Shown: piece after piece, positions 14,001-26,000 of the stretch
Layout: every line of letters starts with the position of its first letter
Numbering within the stretch: the first letter of the stretch is position 1
Origin: Podarcis cretensis
Lineage: Eukaryota
Assembly (NCBI GenBank): GCA_951804945.1
Contig: OX638154.1
Span: 43,772,001 to 43,836,000, forward strand
Direction of reading: 5' to 3'
DNA length: 64,000 nucleotides
The notes under the pieces: generated by a model
What the model saw: the letters and a program-made list of their open reading frames with translations, nothing else
What the model was told of the DNA's origin: nothing
The model's database searches: none
Program-made: the position numbers and the translations under genes

Positions 14001-17000
14001 GCTGTGTGTACAAACTGGAAAAATGCTGAAGAGCTGCAGGAGCCCTTGCTGTTCTCATTTATCAAACCCACAATGGTAGTTGAGCTCAACTCAAAGGCTG
14101 TGGGTAGGAGTCTCACGTTGGGCATCTGGGAGGAGGAACCCTTTGCCTAATTTTGAAATGTTGAAAACTATTTTGCTCCTCTTCCATACATTTTTTCCCA
14201 AACAAGATTTTAATATTTATTTGCTTGTTTATTTCTAAAATGGTTGATTGTGCACAGGGTATTGTCGAGTAGCAAAGGAGGAGAGGTGCTTTGCCAGTGG
14301 ACATCATTTTCTTCCCTTTTAATACATCAGTACTCATGCTGTACACTCTTGGGAAACCTTGACCTTGGAAAATGCTTTAGATTGTTAAATAACTTAGTTT
14401 CACCCACCCCCACAAAAAACATTGCACGGGACAAGGAATGGTGTTTGTTAATGTGCCTTATTCATATATTTATCCATTACATATGTATATTTCTCTTTCT
14501 CCCAATGAGTTTGGGGTGGCATTCTTGATGGCCTCACAGGTTATGGCTTTTTCCCCCCATATGAGGATGATGACTGGACCCAGATCTCCCTGACCCAAGT
14601 GCTGCAGTCTAACCTAGCCTTTCCCAACCTGGTGCTCTCCAGATGCTTTGAACTGCAACTCCCATCCCTCCCAGTTAGCACAGACGTTGTAGTCTGAAAT
14701 ATGTGGAGGGCATCAGGTTGTGGATGGCTGCTCTAACCAATACGCCACAGGGGCTCAGTTTCATGCCTATTATCCAGTGAGTGGCTGAATTTTTCCAGTA
14801 TGCGGGAGTGGCACATCCAATTTTGCTCATATCACAGCCTAAAGCTACTTGGTCTGCCTCTGCACCTCAGAGTTGCCACAGGTCTGAATTCCTGCATGAT
14901 TCAACTAACAGGGGAGGTATAGCAGGTGCTGATTATTTGAAATGCATGTGCCTCTTCAGCCAGCCCCACTTTGGAAGGAAAGCCTGAGCATTTGCCCCTT
15001 AGTCACAGAAAGCTTCCTTCTGTCCTGATGGTGGGTGATGCCTCCTCGTGCTAGAGCAACAGCAGCAGCTCTCTGCCCTGCTGCACTAGATCTGGGGGGA
15101 GCAGTTGGGGAGACCAGAGGTGATGTAAACATGCCATCCATGCAAGGGACATTGCAGGAAAGAGGAGAAGTCGTTCCCAACCTCTGGCATCACATCCTAA
15201 GGGCTGTGGCACTGTTCCAGGAGTACCTGCACAACTCTGCGTTGCTGGAAGGGTGTCACACATTGGTTATTGTGAGTTAGTTTTGAGGGATGAGCAAAGA
15301 AGAGCTGGGAAGCTTTGCCTCTCTTGCCTGGACCACCAAATTGCTTTCTGCTGTAACAGCCCAAGGCTGAGTCAATATATTTACATGCCAACTTTTTTTC
15401 ATGTGCAGACTCACACATCCAGTTTCCCTTTTGAATGAGGGATACAGATCCTAAGTCTCTAAACAATGTGATCTAATACACAACATCATGTTTCCTGTTT
15501 TTTTTAAAAAAAGCATAAATAAATCAGGGACATTGAAAATTTATGAGGGAGAGTTTAGAAACACTAGCTTCAAATCGGGGTGCTTGAGAGGTCTTCCTAC
15601 CTATGCAAAACAAATCTTAGTAGACCCAATAAGATTCATGATGTGAACACATACCAACCAATCCATACATTACATTCCTAAATCATTTTGTTTATAGGCA
15701 TCCCTTTAGAGGGCTCTTCCATTATACTGCATGCAAGCTACTTACTGCATGTTGAAATAGCACCATAAAGCACTAGTTCAGATGTCCCAGGGGTGTGCTA
15801 TGGTATCTATACCCTCTTAATGAGAATAAATGGGACTGAAATGGGACAGGGATGTTTTAAGAACCAGAAACTATTGATATGTGGGGTTCTTTTTTTACTA
15901 ACATTCCTGCCTGCCCCATAGAGGGGGGAGAGAAAAGAAGAATGTTTAGCTAGAGATGCTGTGGCTCCATTAGAAACTGATGAGCTTTGAAGTATGCTTG
16001 TCTGGGCATCTTGCCTGCCTCTGGCTCAGATGTGCGCACAGGGACCCTCTTTTCTCTCTATAGTGTCACCTTGAGAAGAAGCCTGAGCTTGCCCTCTGGA
16101 AAGCTTTATTGGCACCAGTGGTGTTGGATGGGCTGTCAGATCCCAGATTACTAACAAAGCAAGGATCCGTTTTAGGGCACAAGCATCTTCATTTGGGTCC
16201 TACCGCACCAAGGTTTGATAAAAAGTAGGGATTTGGGTCATGCTTACATGCTCCCCTCAGCCTGGAGATACTTCTAAGAACTCAATGTGCACCCATGCTG
16301 CAGAGGACTGGTGATACCATTATTAATGATCTGTTGAGCACTTTAGGGTAGGGAACCTTATAGTTGGGTCATAGGCACCCTTATGGCATATTATGGGGCT
16401 GATTACCAAGTAAGTATGGCTTTCAGTCTTAGATGCTGATTCTTGTAGCATCCCCCAGAGCCAGACATGTGTTGGTTAGTAAGGTAGCAGAGAATAGTCT
16501 CTGGTTGCTTCTGTGTTTTGTTCCTTTGTTTATTGCTAAGGGGGATTAGATAACCAACCCACAATAAAGTTTCTCGTAGGATGGATAGATTGTTCTGAAT
16601 AGATAGACCTAAATAGTGTTGTTCATTTCCTTCATCCCACATTCATGCTGCAATATTGTTTATGGCATGCCCTGCTGCTGCAACCCTTGCATATCTGCAT
16701 TTCCCCTTGCCTAGCAGGATACTGGCTCAGGCCTGTTCCATGGGCTGAGATGGAGAGGAATCAGCTCCCCCAATTTTCTCTTAGATTATTTTAAGCTCAG
16801 AACAGGGCCAATGTGATCCTTCAGCCTTAGACTCATAAGGCATCTGGCATGTGCCCAGTTACATAGGACGCTGTAGTATACTGAGTCAGACCATTTGCCC
16901 ATCTATCTCGGTATTGTCTACATTGACCGTCAGCATCTCTCCCAGAGTTTCTGGCAGGGAACATTCCCAGCCCTACCACAGATGCTGGGGATTGAACCCA

Positions 17001-20000
17001 GGACCTTCTGCATGCAAAGCAGATGCTCTGCTGCTAAGCTAAGGCCCTTCCAGTTCTGCTTCAGCTTCCCTTCTACGGCAGTCAACTCTGCTCCTGCCAC
17101 GCTTCGCCTGCTTGATACTTCTCCCCATTGGATTGCTTGTTGGGTGTGGCTGACCTGTTCTCTGTCTTCCCTCTTTTTCCGCGTGAGGATGCCCCCGGAC
17201 AGGAGATCTCTTCTGATAACCCGTCTGCAGTGCCATCACCCAGGCACCAAATAGGTAGTATTTTCCTTCCTTTTCCAAACGCATGCATGCCAGAAAGGAA
17301 ATATGAAGCTTGGATGAGTGCAAATTGTCCCGCATGCTTTATTCACCTCCAATCATTTCCCAGATAAAACTGCAGTGAGGAAATCCTAGATTTCTTCATT
17401 AGGCTCATCAAACACCTAGAAATTCCTAAACAATGGAGACTGGTGAAAGTACAGAGGTATGTAACCTAATGACAGTGCACAATATCTGAATATGTCAGCC
17501 TTGTGTTGTATGTCTTCATAATAGCCAAGCTTTCAGACCTAATCCTTGGCTCTTGGTGTAGAGTATATGTACTGAAGATACTGATCTGGCTCAGCAAAAT
17601 ATCAGTCAAGAAGGCAGATTTGCAAGAACCCTCAGATCTCACTAGGTTGATGAGTGGCCACCGATCATTAACCAAAGTTGATGGGCAAAACTAAATAAAT
17701 GAATAAATTGTGCTGTACGTTTCTTCTGAAATACATTCAGCTGAAATAAAATAATAATAAAAATCACCAAGAGGGGAGTTTTCTTACATAATGAAAACCA
17801 AACAAATGTGAAAGACACAAAACCAGAAAACTGCAAGCAAAACTATTTTATACTATAATACAAAATAAAGTGTTCATGATAAAAGGAAAAGGAAAAGATC
17901 TGCAAAGATTTCAGTGTCAATTGAATGGATATGTTGCAAATGATAGAAGCGTCAACAATAAGCTGGTCCAATCTGGGTTAAGAGTTTGGATTGGAAATAT
18001 TTTTTATCTGGGCCTGGAGCCATATTAAGGTCCAGCCTAGGATGGTATTCTTTGAAGATGTTGGGTGCCAATATTTTGATGCTGTACAAGATATGTCTTT
18101 GTTTTTTGCAAGTCTTCAGCTCCTATATACACCTCAGAGACTAAGAATCAAAGCAGCATGATAGATAAAAAACAGTTCCTAGGCTTTGCTGCACTCTAGC
18201 AAGAAAGGAAAATGGCCTCTGCTAATAAAGAGGGATCAACCCTAAGCGGCTCTCAGTGATTTCTGTGGAGCAAAGATCGACTGGATATAACATTGAACTG
18301 GAGAAGATGTTTGATGCCATAACAGAGAAGTGAGGAATCTTGTCCTTCACATCAGACACTGGGATAATCCATGGTTTGGGGGGTCAGATTTATTACTCAC
18401 CCCAATGGTGTCTTTGACTTCACTCTTGGAAGCCCTGAAATTAGAGGCATTATTGTGGTGAAAGCATAATATCATGGGGATCACGCAAAGGAGTGCAGCA
18501 TGTTTCCATGTACAAGTGGCACATATATCCTTGGAAAGGTGCCCTGATAATTCGTGCCTCTTCCTATAGTCAAATAAATATGGCCAGTCTGCAGTTGAAC
18601 TATTGGCCTATCTAGTCCAGCATCCTGTTTTCACAGTGGCCAACCCGTTGCCTGTTGGAAATCTGCAAGGAGGACATGAGCGCTGCCTCCTGAGGTTACC
18701 AGCAACTGGTATTCAGAAGCGTTATTGCCTCCAGAGCCACCTCCTCCATGTCTACTCCTCTTTTCAAGCTGTCCAAGTTGGTGGCTGTCACTGCCTTCTG
18801 TGAGATAAGCATTTGGAAAGGAATACGAAAGTATTTTCTTTTCCTATGTTTCATCAGGAAGGCAGATTTAAATACCAAGGTGGTTGGATCAGTAGATCCA
18901 TAGGAAATCTCACTCTTGTTTTGACTCAACATAGGGAGCTATAGTTGACCCTGACTCCCCATATTGTTCAGTCAGTCTCCAGCCCCAGTGACTTTTTATA
19001 GGGGAGGGGATACAGTGTCCCCTCATTTTTGCAACGGGTGAGGCAGCCAAATCATTAAAATGTAAAGGGATACACACCTCCCCTTGTTTCTGGCCACAGT
19101 TAAAACCATTGCCATTAGTTTAACAAGTACTCCAGATAATATTAGGCAACATAGCTTTTATTCAGTGATGATGCATTTATTTTAATTTATTTGTAAAACT
19201 TCTATCCCACATGTCACCATCAAGTAATCTCAGGGTGGGCTTACAACAATAAATACATTAAAACCATCAGAAAATATTAAAGCAGCTATATTACAGCAAT
19301 TCAAAATTGAAACAGCATTCCTGACCACCACTTAGAAAAAGGCAGTTCTAGTTTACTACCTCTCAATAAACCTGATGGAAAAAAGAACATTTTCAATTCC
19401 TTGCATGCATGCAAATGTGTACACTGATCTGGGGTGATGGGTTCTATGTTGTGGCTGATTTTTGCATGCTATTCCTCTGCTGCATGTGGACCCATGCATG
19501 TAAACAAGTGTGTTGGTGTTGGGAACGGGGTTGGTAGGCAGGTGGGAGGGGCCTTGTCCAGCAGTGGGGGGGGGAGGGGTTTGCATGTTGCTGGGTGGGT
19601 TTAGTGAAGGTGTCTCTGGATAGGAATTTTGACCTTTGGTGTCACTCCTGTGATTAAGCTGCTCAGAAACTGGGATTTATCAATATATTAAAAGGCAAAT
19701 TTTCCAGCATCCTGTTCTCACAGTGACCAGTCAGATGTCTGGGGGAAACCCCTCCCCAGCAGGATTAAAACACAAAAGCACTCTCCCTCCTGTGGTTTCC
19801 AGCAACTGGTATTCACAAGCATTGCTGCCTCCAAGGAATAGCCATTGATAGCCCTCTCCTCCATGAATTTGCCTAATCCTCTTTTAAAGCCACCCACCAC
19901 CACCAAGGACAAATGCATATAAAGCTAAACTATAGCCATTATGGCCTAAAAACATGCTTTTTCACTTCAATTTTCCCCAGCTGAAAACTAGAAAATAAAA

Positions 20001-23000
20001 GTTGGTTGAAACTATAGTAGCCAGTCCAGTATATGCTGGAAATTATGCCAAATGAAAGAGGGCACAATTTCTCCTATAATCCTTGGTGACCTCAAGCTAA
20101 TGCTGCAGAGATTAATTGGTGACTTCTCTTCTCTTCTCTTCTCTCCCCCTCCCCTTTCTCCATTTCTACCTGCTCCACAGGTGACTGTGTGCTGGATGGA
20201 AGAGACACCAGGGAATAACAAGAAGTCCCTCTCTCCCCAGGCTGAGCACGCAGGCATCCGGACTTACTTCTTCAGTGCAGAGAACAACGAGGAGCAGGAA
20301 TCCTGGATTCAAGCCATGGGCGAAGCTGCCCGGGTGCAAATCCCACCTGCTCAGAGGTCAGTTGTTGTTGTTGTTGGGGGGAATCTATGTAGCATGCGGT
20401 CCAAAACTATAAGGGTAACCAAATGGTGCTTTCTAGATGTTGTTGGACTATAATAGTCAATGTCCTGGACCATTGGTCATGATGGCTGAGGCTGATGGGA
20501 GTTGTAGTCCAATAGCATCTGTTCTGAGAGATCTCAGTTGGCATTAGCTATGTCTTTGGAAAACCAGTAAAGTAAGAGCACCCCAAAAATTTTGATCCAC
20601 CCCCCTTAAAGCATCAAAGTAGTCATCATGGCAAAAATCAGAACTAGGCTAGATTTCCTTACAGTCCACTGTATAATCTCCCATTTTTACGTTATCTTTT
20701 TATTATCCCCACCTAAACCAGGAGGGTGCCCTACTAACTTTTGATCAAAATAATGCAAGGAAAGCAGATCCTGTCATCTGTTGCAGTAAATTATGCTTTA
20801 ATTTTTTATTACTTTGAAATTTTATTTTATGGGTTAGTATTGTTTTCATTTTGAATTGGGGAGGCACCATAATCTTTTAGTGCTTGGGACAACTGAAGGT
20901 CTTAGTCCAGCCCAGGGTGTTCTATTGTGTTCAAGTCACATAGTTTATCTGCCTCTCCATTAAGATGTTTCCTCTGTCCTTTAAATTTGTGAGACCAAGT
21001 CATCGTTATAAATAAGGTTCACAGATCCTGCAGAAAAGTATGGAAACTCTCTAAAATAGGCAACATCTAAAAGGCATTGAGGCTCTTTGAATGGGATGAC
21101 AGGAAACATAGCTTTGGAGATCTTTAAGCAACTTGAAAAAGAAAGCTTATTGGGAGAGTGCAATGTCTGGTTCCCCCCTCCAGGGGCCATATCAGAGCTG
21201 GAAAGTTAGCAGTAATGTACTTTCAGGAGGCGAACTAGAATCATTCCTAGGCTAGTGCACATTTTCTATGTTGCTCGGAATGAGAGCCATGACCGTTTGT
21301 GGCCATTTCTACTTTCCCATGCTTATCAGGCACGAGAAGACTGATTCTGAGAACATCCCTCCCAGCAGGAACCATCAGCATCACCACCACCGCGGTGTCC
21401 CTACCAGAGAGGCTGCCAAAACTGAGCCAGAAGCCAAGACCAGAGGCGAAGGAGACGGGCGTGGCTCTGAGAAGATTGACAGGAAAACAGAGCGAGCCGA
21501 GAGCAAGAAGGAGCCTCTGGTGAAAGCCAACGGCATTGGCAGCCAAGAAATGCCCTCTGAACCCGGAAGCCCTTATCCTGATGCTTCCCGTCTGCCTGCT
21601 GGAGTGGAGAGGCCCACTCAGCCAAATGGCTGGCAGTACTCATCTCCTAGCCGGCCAGGCAGCATGGCCTTCCCACAGCACGATGGTGAGAGTGCTATGC
21701 CTCGTCGGAGTTTTGCTCCACGCACCAATCCTGAGAAGATTGCCCAGAGGAAGAGCTCCATGACACAGCTGCAGCAGTGGGTGAACTTGCGCCGTGGGGC
21801 TCCACCTCCTGAGGATCTCCATAGGTGAGGTGATTCAAGCTAGGCGTGGTTATAGCTTTTCTGCGAATTAAATAAGGGAGGAATCCCACTAAACACAAGG
21901 CATCACATCTGCATTATGCACTTATGGGAGTCTTAAGAGGTATGGCTTCCCACCTTCCCCCAAGGGTCCTGGAACTGTAGCTTGTTAAGGACTACATTTC
22001 CCAGGATACTTTAGGGGAACCCATGACTCTGAGGGCTCATCCACATTTACCTTTTGCCCCTTGTTTTCTAGGTGCAGGTCTGCGCTTTAAAGCTCCATGT
22101 CCAAACACTTCCGCCCCTTTTTTTTGCCACATCGCTTTCCCTATGAAGTCCCATTCTTTAACACTGAATCAGAACAAATGGCAATTTCAGTTTTCCGCAG
22201 ACTACCATTTGCTCTGATTCGGCAGTAAAGCGTGGGCTTTTGTGGGGAAAGAAGTGGTTTTAAATGTATGGTGTGGATGTAATCTGAGAAAAGGTGAGAA
22301 AGTGATGTGTACACTTCACGTTTAAATCAATATAGTTATTGTGATTCTCCCCTCTTCTCCCAACCAGAGAGTCCTAGGAGGACTGTAAGCGCTGAGGACA
22401 TTTCGTTTTTAACTGTCCCAAACCATGTGGCAATTCCACATGAGAGTTGTAATATTTGTGAAACGGATTGGCCCAGTTGTGTGGAGGAGGCTGTTCATCA
22501 CAGCGCTACGATTCTGCTGTGCTAGCATGGCTGGCTCACATGATACACAGTTACAGAGACCTCTTGTTCAACTGCTTCCATTGGGAAGTGTTTCTTATGA
22601 CCTCCACATGGAGGCTGCAATATTTGAATCTCCCCTGACAAAGAACCAGAGTTTTAACACAGCAGGCATCATGGCTTTCATCAGAATCGAACCCTTTAAT
22701 CCTCAGTATGCTTTTGATTTCTTTTTTGAAAAGAAAAAGATACACACTTAATACTATGTTACTCAAGCAGGCAGCTCATTTGCAAAGAAAATATGTGCAG
22801 CCTTAATCATTAATAAGGATAATAATTCATGACACACCAGCAAACAGCATTAATAGTGAGAAGATATTGTGCCATCTCTGCTGTTTAATCTGCAGTATAG
22901 TTGGAGGGTAAGAGGGAACCACTAGGACGTAAGTATGAAAAATAAGATCTGTACTAAATTCATATCTGTCAGAGCTGCCCCTAGGTCCCAGCTCACAGAG

Positions 23001-26000
23001 GACCAACGCCAGGCTGTCGTTATGTACAAAAGTCTTTATTGAGGTTCAGTTTCCATTTCAAAGCCGCAGCGCGCAGCTCTACGTCTTAAACCCTAGACCG
23101 GCGAAGTCCCGTCTGAATCTCCTCCCCTCTGACACCAGTTTAAGATCCTAGCCCTGCTCCACCTTTTCCGCTGCTTTCTCCTCCTCTGGGTCCTCCTGCC
23201 CGCTGGGGCATCCCCCTTTCTGGACTCTTCTGACGCTGAGTCGCTTAACTCCTCCCCCTGCCTCCGGCGGGCTTTAGGACCCGGTTCCCAATCCTCATTC
23301 TCTGCTGTCCCGCGCTCCTGTACATTTGAACTTGCCTCTCGCGCCAACCCAGTGACCTTCCTCCTGACCGTTACACTACTTCTGTCACTGCTTCCCTCTT
23401 CCGGGATACTGGCCGGATCTGACCTCCCCTCCGTTGTCTGACTCTCCGATGGAGGTGTGGTCAGCCCTGCCTTATCTTCTCTCCCTGGTGGGGAATCCAC
23501 TGGCCCCGATACCTGGGACTCTTCCCCCCCACTATGCTCTGGTGGGGAAGCTGGTCCTGATTTCCAACTGCTGCTCTGGGAGTCCCTGCTGCCCCCTTGC
23601 TCCTGGGGCGTTCCCCTTGAGAACCCCCTTCCCCTGGCCACTGGCGCCCCCTTCTGTGAATCTTCCGATTCGCTGGAGAGGCTCATGGAATCCCTCGGGC
23701 CACTGTCATCTTCTCCTACGCTGCCCTCAGATTCTTCCCCTTCGCTCTCCATCTCCCCTCCCCTGTGCTTCTGCTCCTGCACCCCTGACAATATCCTTTG
23801 CTCTAATAACTGCTATAATAAGAAATCAGTCGAATCAAAAATTTAAAAAGGAGTGGAAATGTTTTGATGAATATATGGCAAAATATTGCTCAAAAAAGAT
23901 ACGCTAATATGCCTAGATTAAAATGTGAAGTACTGGATGGAAGAAAAATTAGTAAGGAAAGATAATAACAATATATAGATGATTTGAGAAGATTGTAGAA
24001 TGCAAAGATTATTGTAAATTGTATAATGTGGAGGAAATCGAGTGGGGGCGGAGGGAATTGGGAGGAAGGAGAAAAGAATAATATGATGGACTGAGGAAAT
24101 AGAAATGTAAAGGTATGGGGGGATGGGGAGGAAATGGTGTTGGCTTTGGCACACCTGTATTGTAAACCAATAAAAAAAAGAAAAAAGAGGGAAATAAGAA
24201 AAATAAGATCTGCACTAGATTTATATCCTCTGTGGATTTTGGTACAGAGATAGACAGATAGGTAAGGTAGGGCAGATGATGCTAAAATTGCTTTGCAAAC
24301 TCGGGGTTTGCATTCGTCGTCCTCATTCTTTCCTTCTGGCCATCTAGCCCCACCAGGTTCTACCCGATGTCCCGAAGAGTCCCTGACTACTATCCCCCCT
24401 ACTCACCTCAGTACTCTGAAGATTACCAATACTACCCTCCTGGGGTGCGTCCCGACAGCATCTGCTCTATGCCTGCCTTTGAGCGTGTGAGCCCTCAGTG
24501 GACTGTCGACGACAAGCGCCACTCCTTCCGCAACAGCGGCTCCTACCAGCTTCGGGACTGGAAAGAGCAGCCAGGCTACGGCAGGCAGGATGTTCCCATC
24601 TGGATGTCAGGCCCGACCCGGCCGCCCGTGTACTATGATGAAATGGATGCCGCCTCAGGCTCCTTGCGCAGGATGTCCCTCCAGCCTCGCTCCCGGTCGG
24701 TCCCCCGCTCACCGAGCCAAGGCTCCTACACCCGAGCCAGAGTGTACTCCCCTGTCAGGTCGCCAAGTGCCCGCTTTGAAAGAGTGCCTCCCCGGAGTGA
24801 GGAGATTTATGCGGAGCCGACGACATACATGATGAGGCGATCGGTCAGTTCACCAAAGGTAACCCTCCCTCGCGGTCTCCGCTCCTACCCTCGGGGCTTC
24901 CTGCCACTCTTTGGGGGAGTACTGAAACTGCACACTGAGGGAATATTAGCACAGTCTTAGTGACCTAATCATTACCTGTGTTTGTATATGCTGTGTACTG
25001 AGACTGAGGAGCATTAGGAAGGGTGAGGGGAAATTACCATGGCAGGAGTGGGAAGGCACACTAGGTTTGATGAAGGTGAGGAGAGGCAGTCATGGGCAAC
25101 ATAGGTTTTTTCTGTTGAGGGCTGCATTTCCTCAATTGATTACTTGTTGTGGCTCACGTGCCAGTGTTGGGCAGAGCCAGAACTGATGATGGCTAGAGCC
25201 AGAGACAAAACTATTCTTGATTAACTGATCTGGAATGGAGACCACCCTGCTTCCTCATGGTTTAGAATTCCCGGTTCAATGCATATCTAATTAGAAGCAA
25301 GCCCCACTGAGTGTGATGGGGTTAGGCAAAGGTAAAGGTAAAGGGACCCCTGACCATTTGGTCCAGTCGTGGCCGACTCTGGGGTTGTGGCGCTCATCTC
25401 ACTTTATTGGCCAAGGGAGCTGGCGTACAGTTTCCGGGTCATGTGGCCAGCATGACTAAGCCACCTCTGGCGAACCAGAGCAGCACACGGAAACGCCGTT
25501 TACCTTCCTGCTGGAGTGGTACCTATTTATCTACTTGCACTTTTATGTGCTTTCGAACTGCTAGGTTTGCAGTGATGGGGTTACTTTCAAATAAACAGAG
25601 AACTTTTTTTTGGTACCAAAGACCAATGCAGCCACTGCTCCAGAAAGGAAGTAAGAGTAATTCTTACCGATATATTATTCGACAGTTTAGGGAGGAGAAA
25701 AGTCTTTCCCCCAAGCCATACAACCAGAGAAGAAGGTTTTAAAACATACACATATTAAAGAAAGTACTACATCTTCCATTTCTGTGTTCTGAAACAACAC
25801 AGAAAGAGAGTGAAACACAAATGCCTGAAAAAAGGGGAAAATGGATAAAAAGCATGGATGGTAGAATGGGGCAGCTTCAGGAGTCAACAGAGGAGCACAT
25901 AATATGAAGTCACAGATTGCATGTTTTCCTAAGGCCACAGTTTGCTCACCCGTGAGCTAGAATAAAACCTTTATTCTTAATCTCTGACATGTCAGGGCTT

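Noticed and set aside
22368-22384. Possible 17-nt microexon (ccag|...|gtaagc)
   Set aside because: It shifts the frame and has no supporting motifs; such site pairs arise often by chance.
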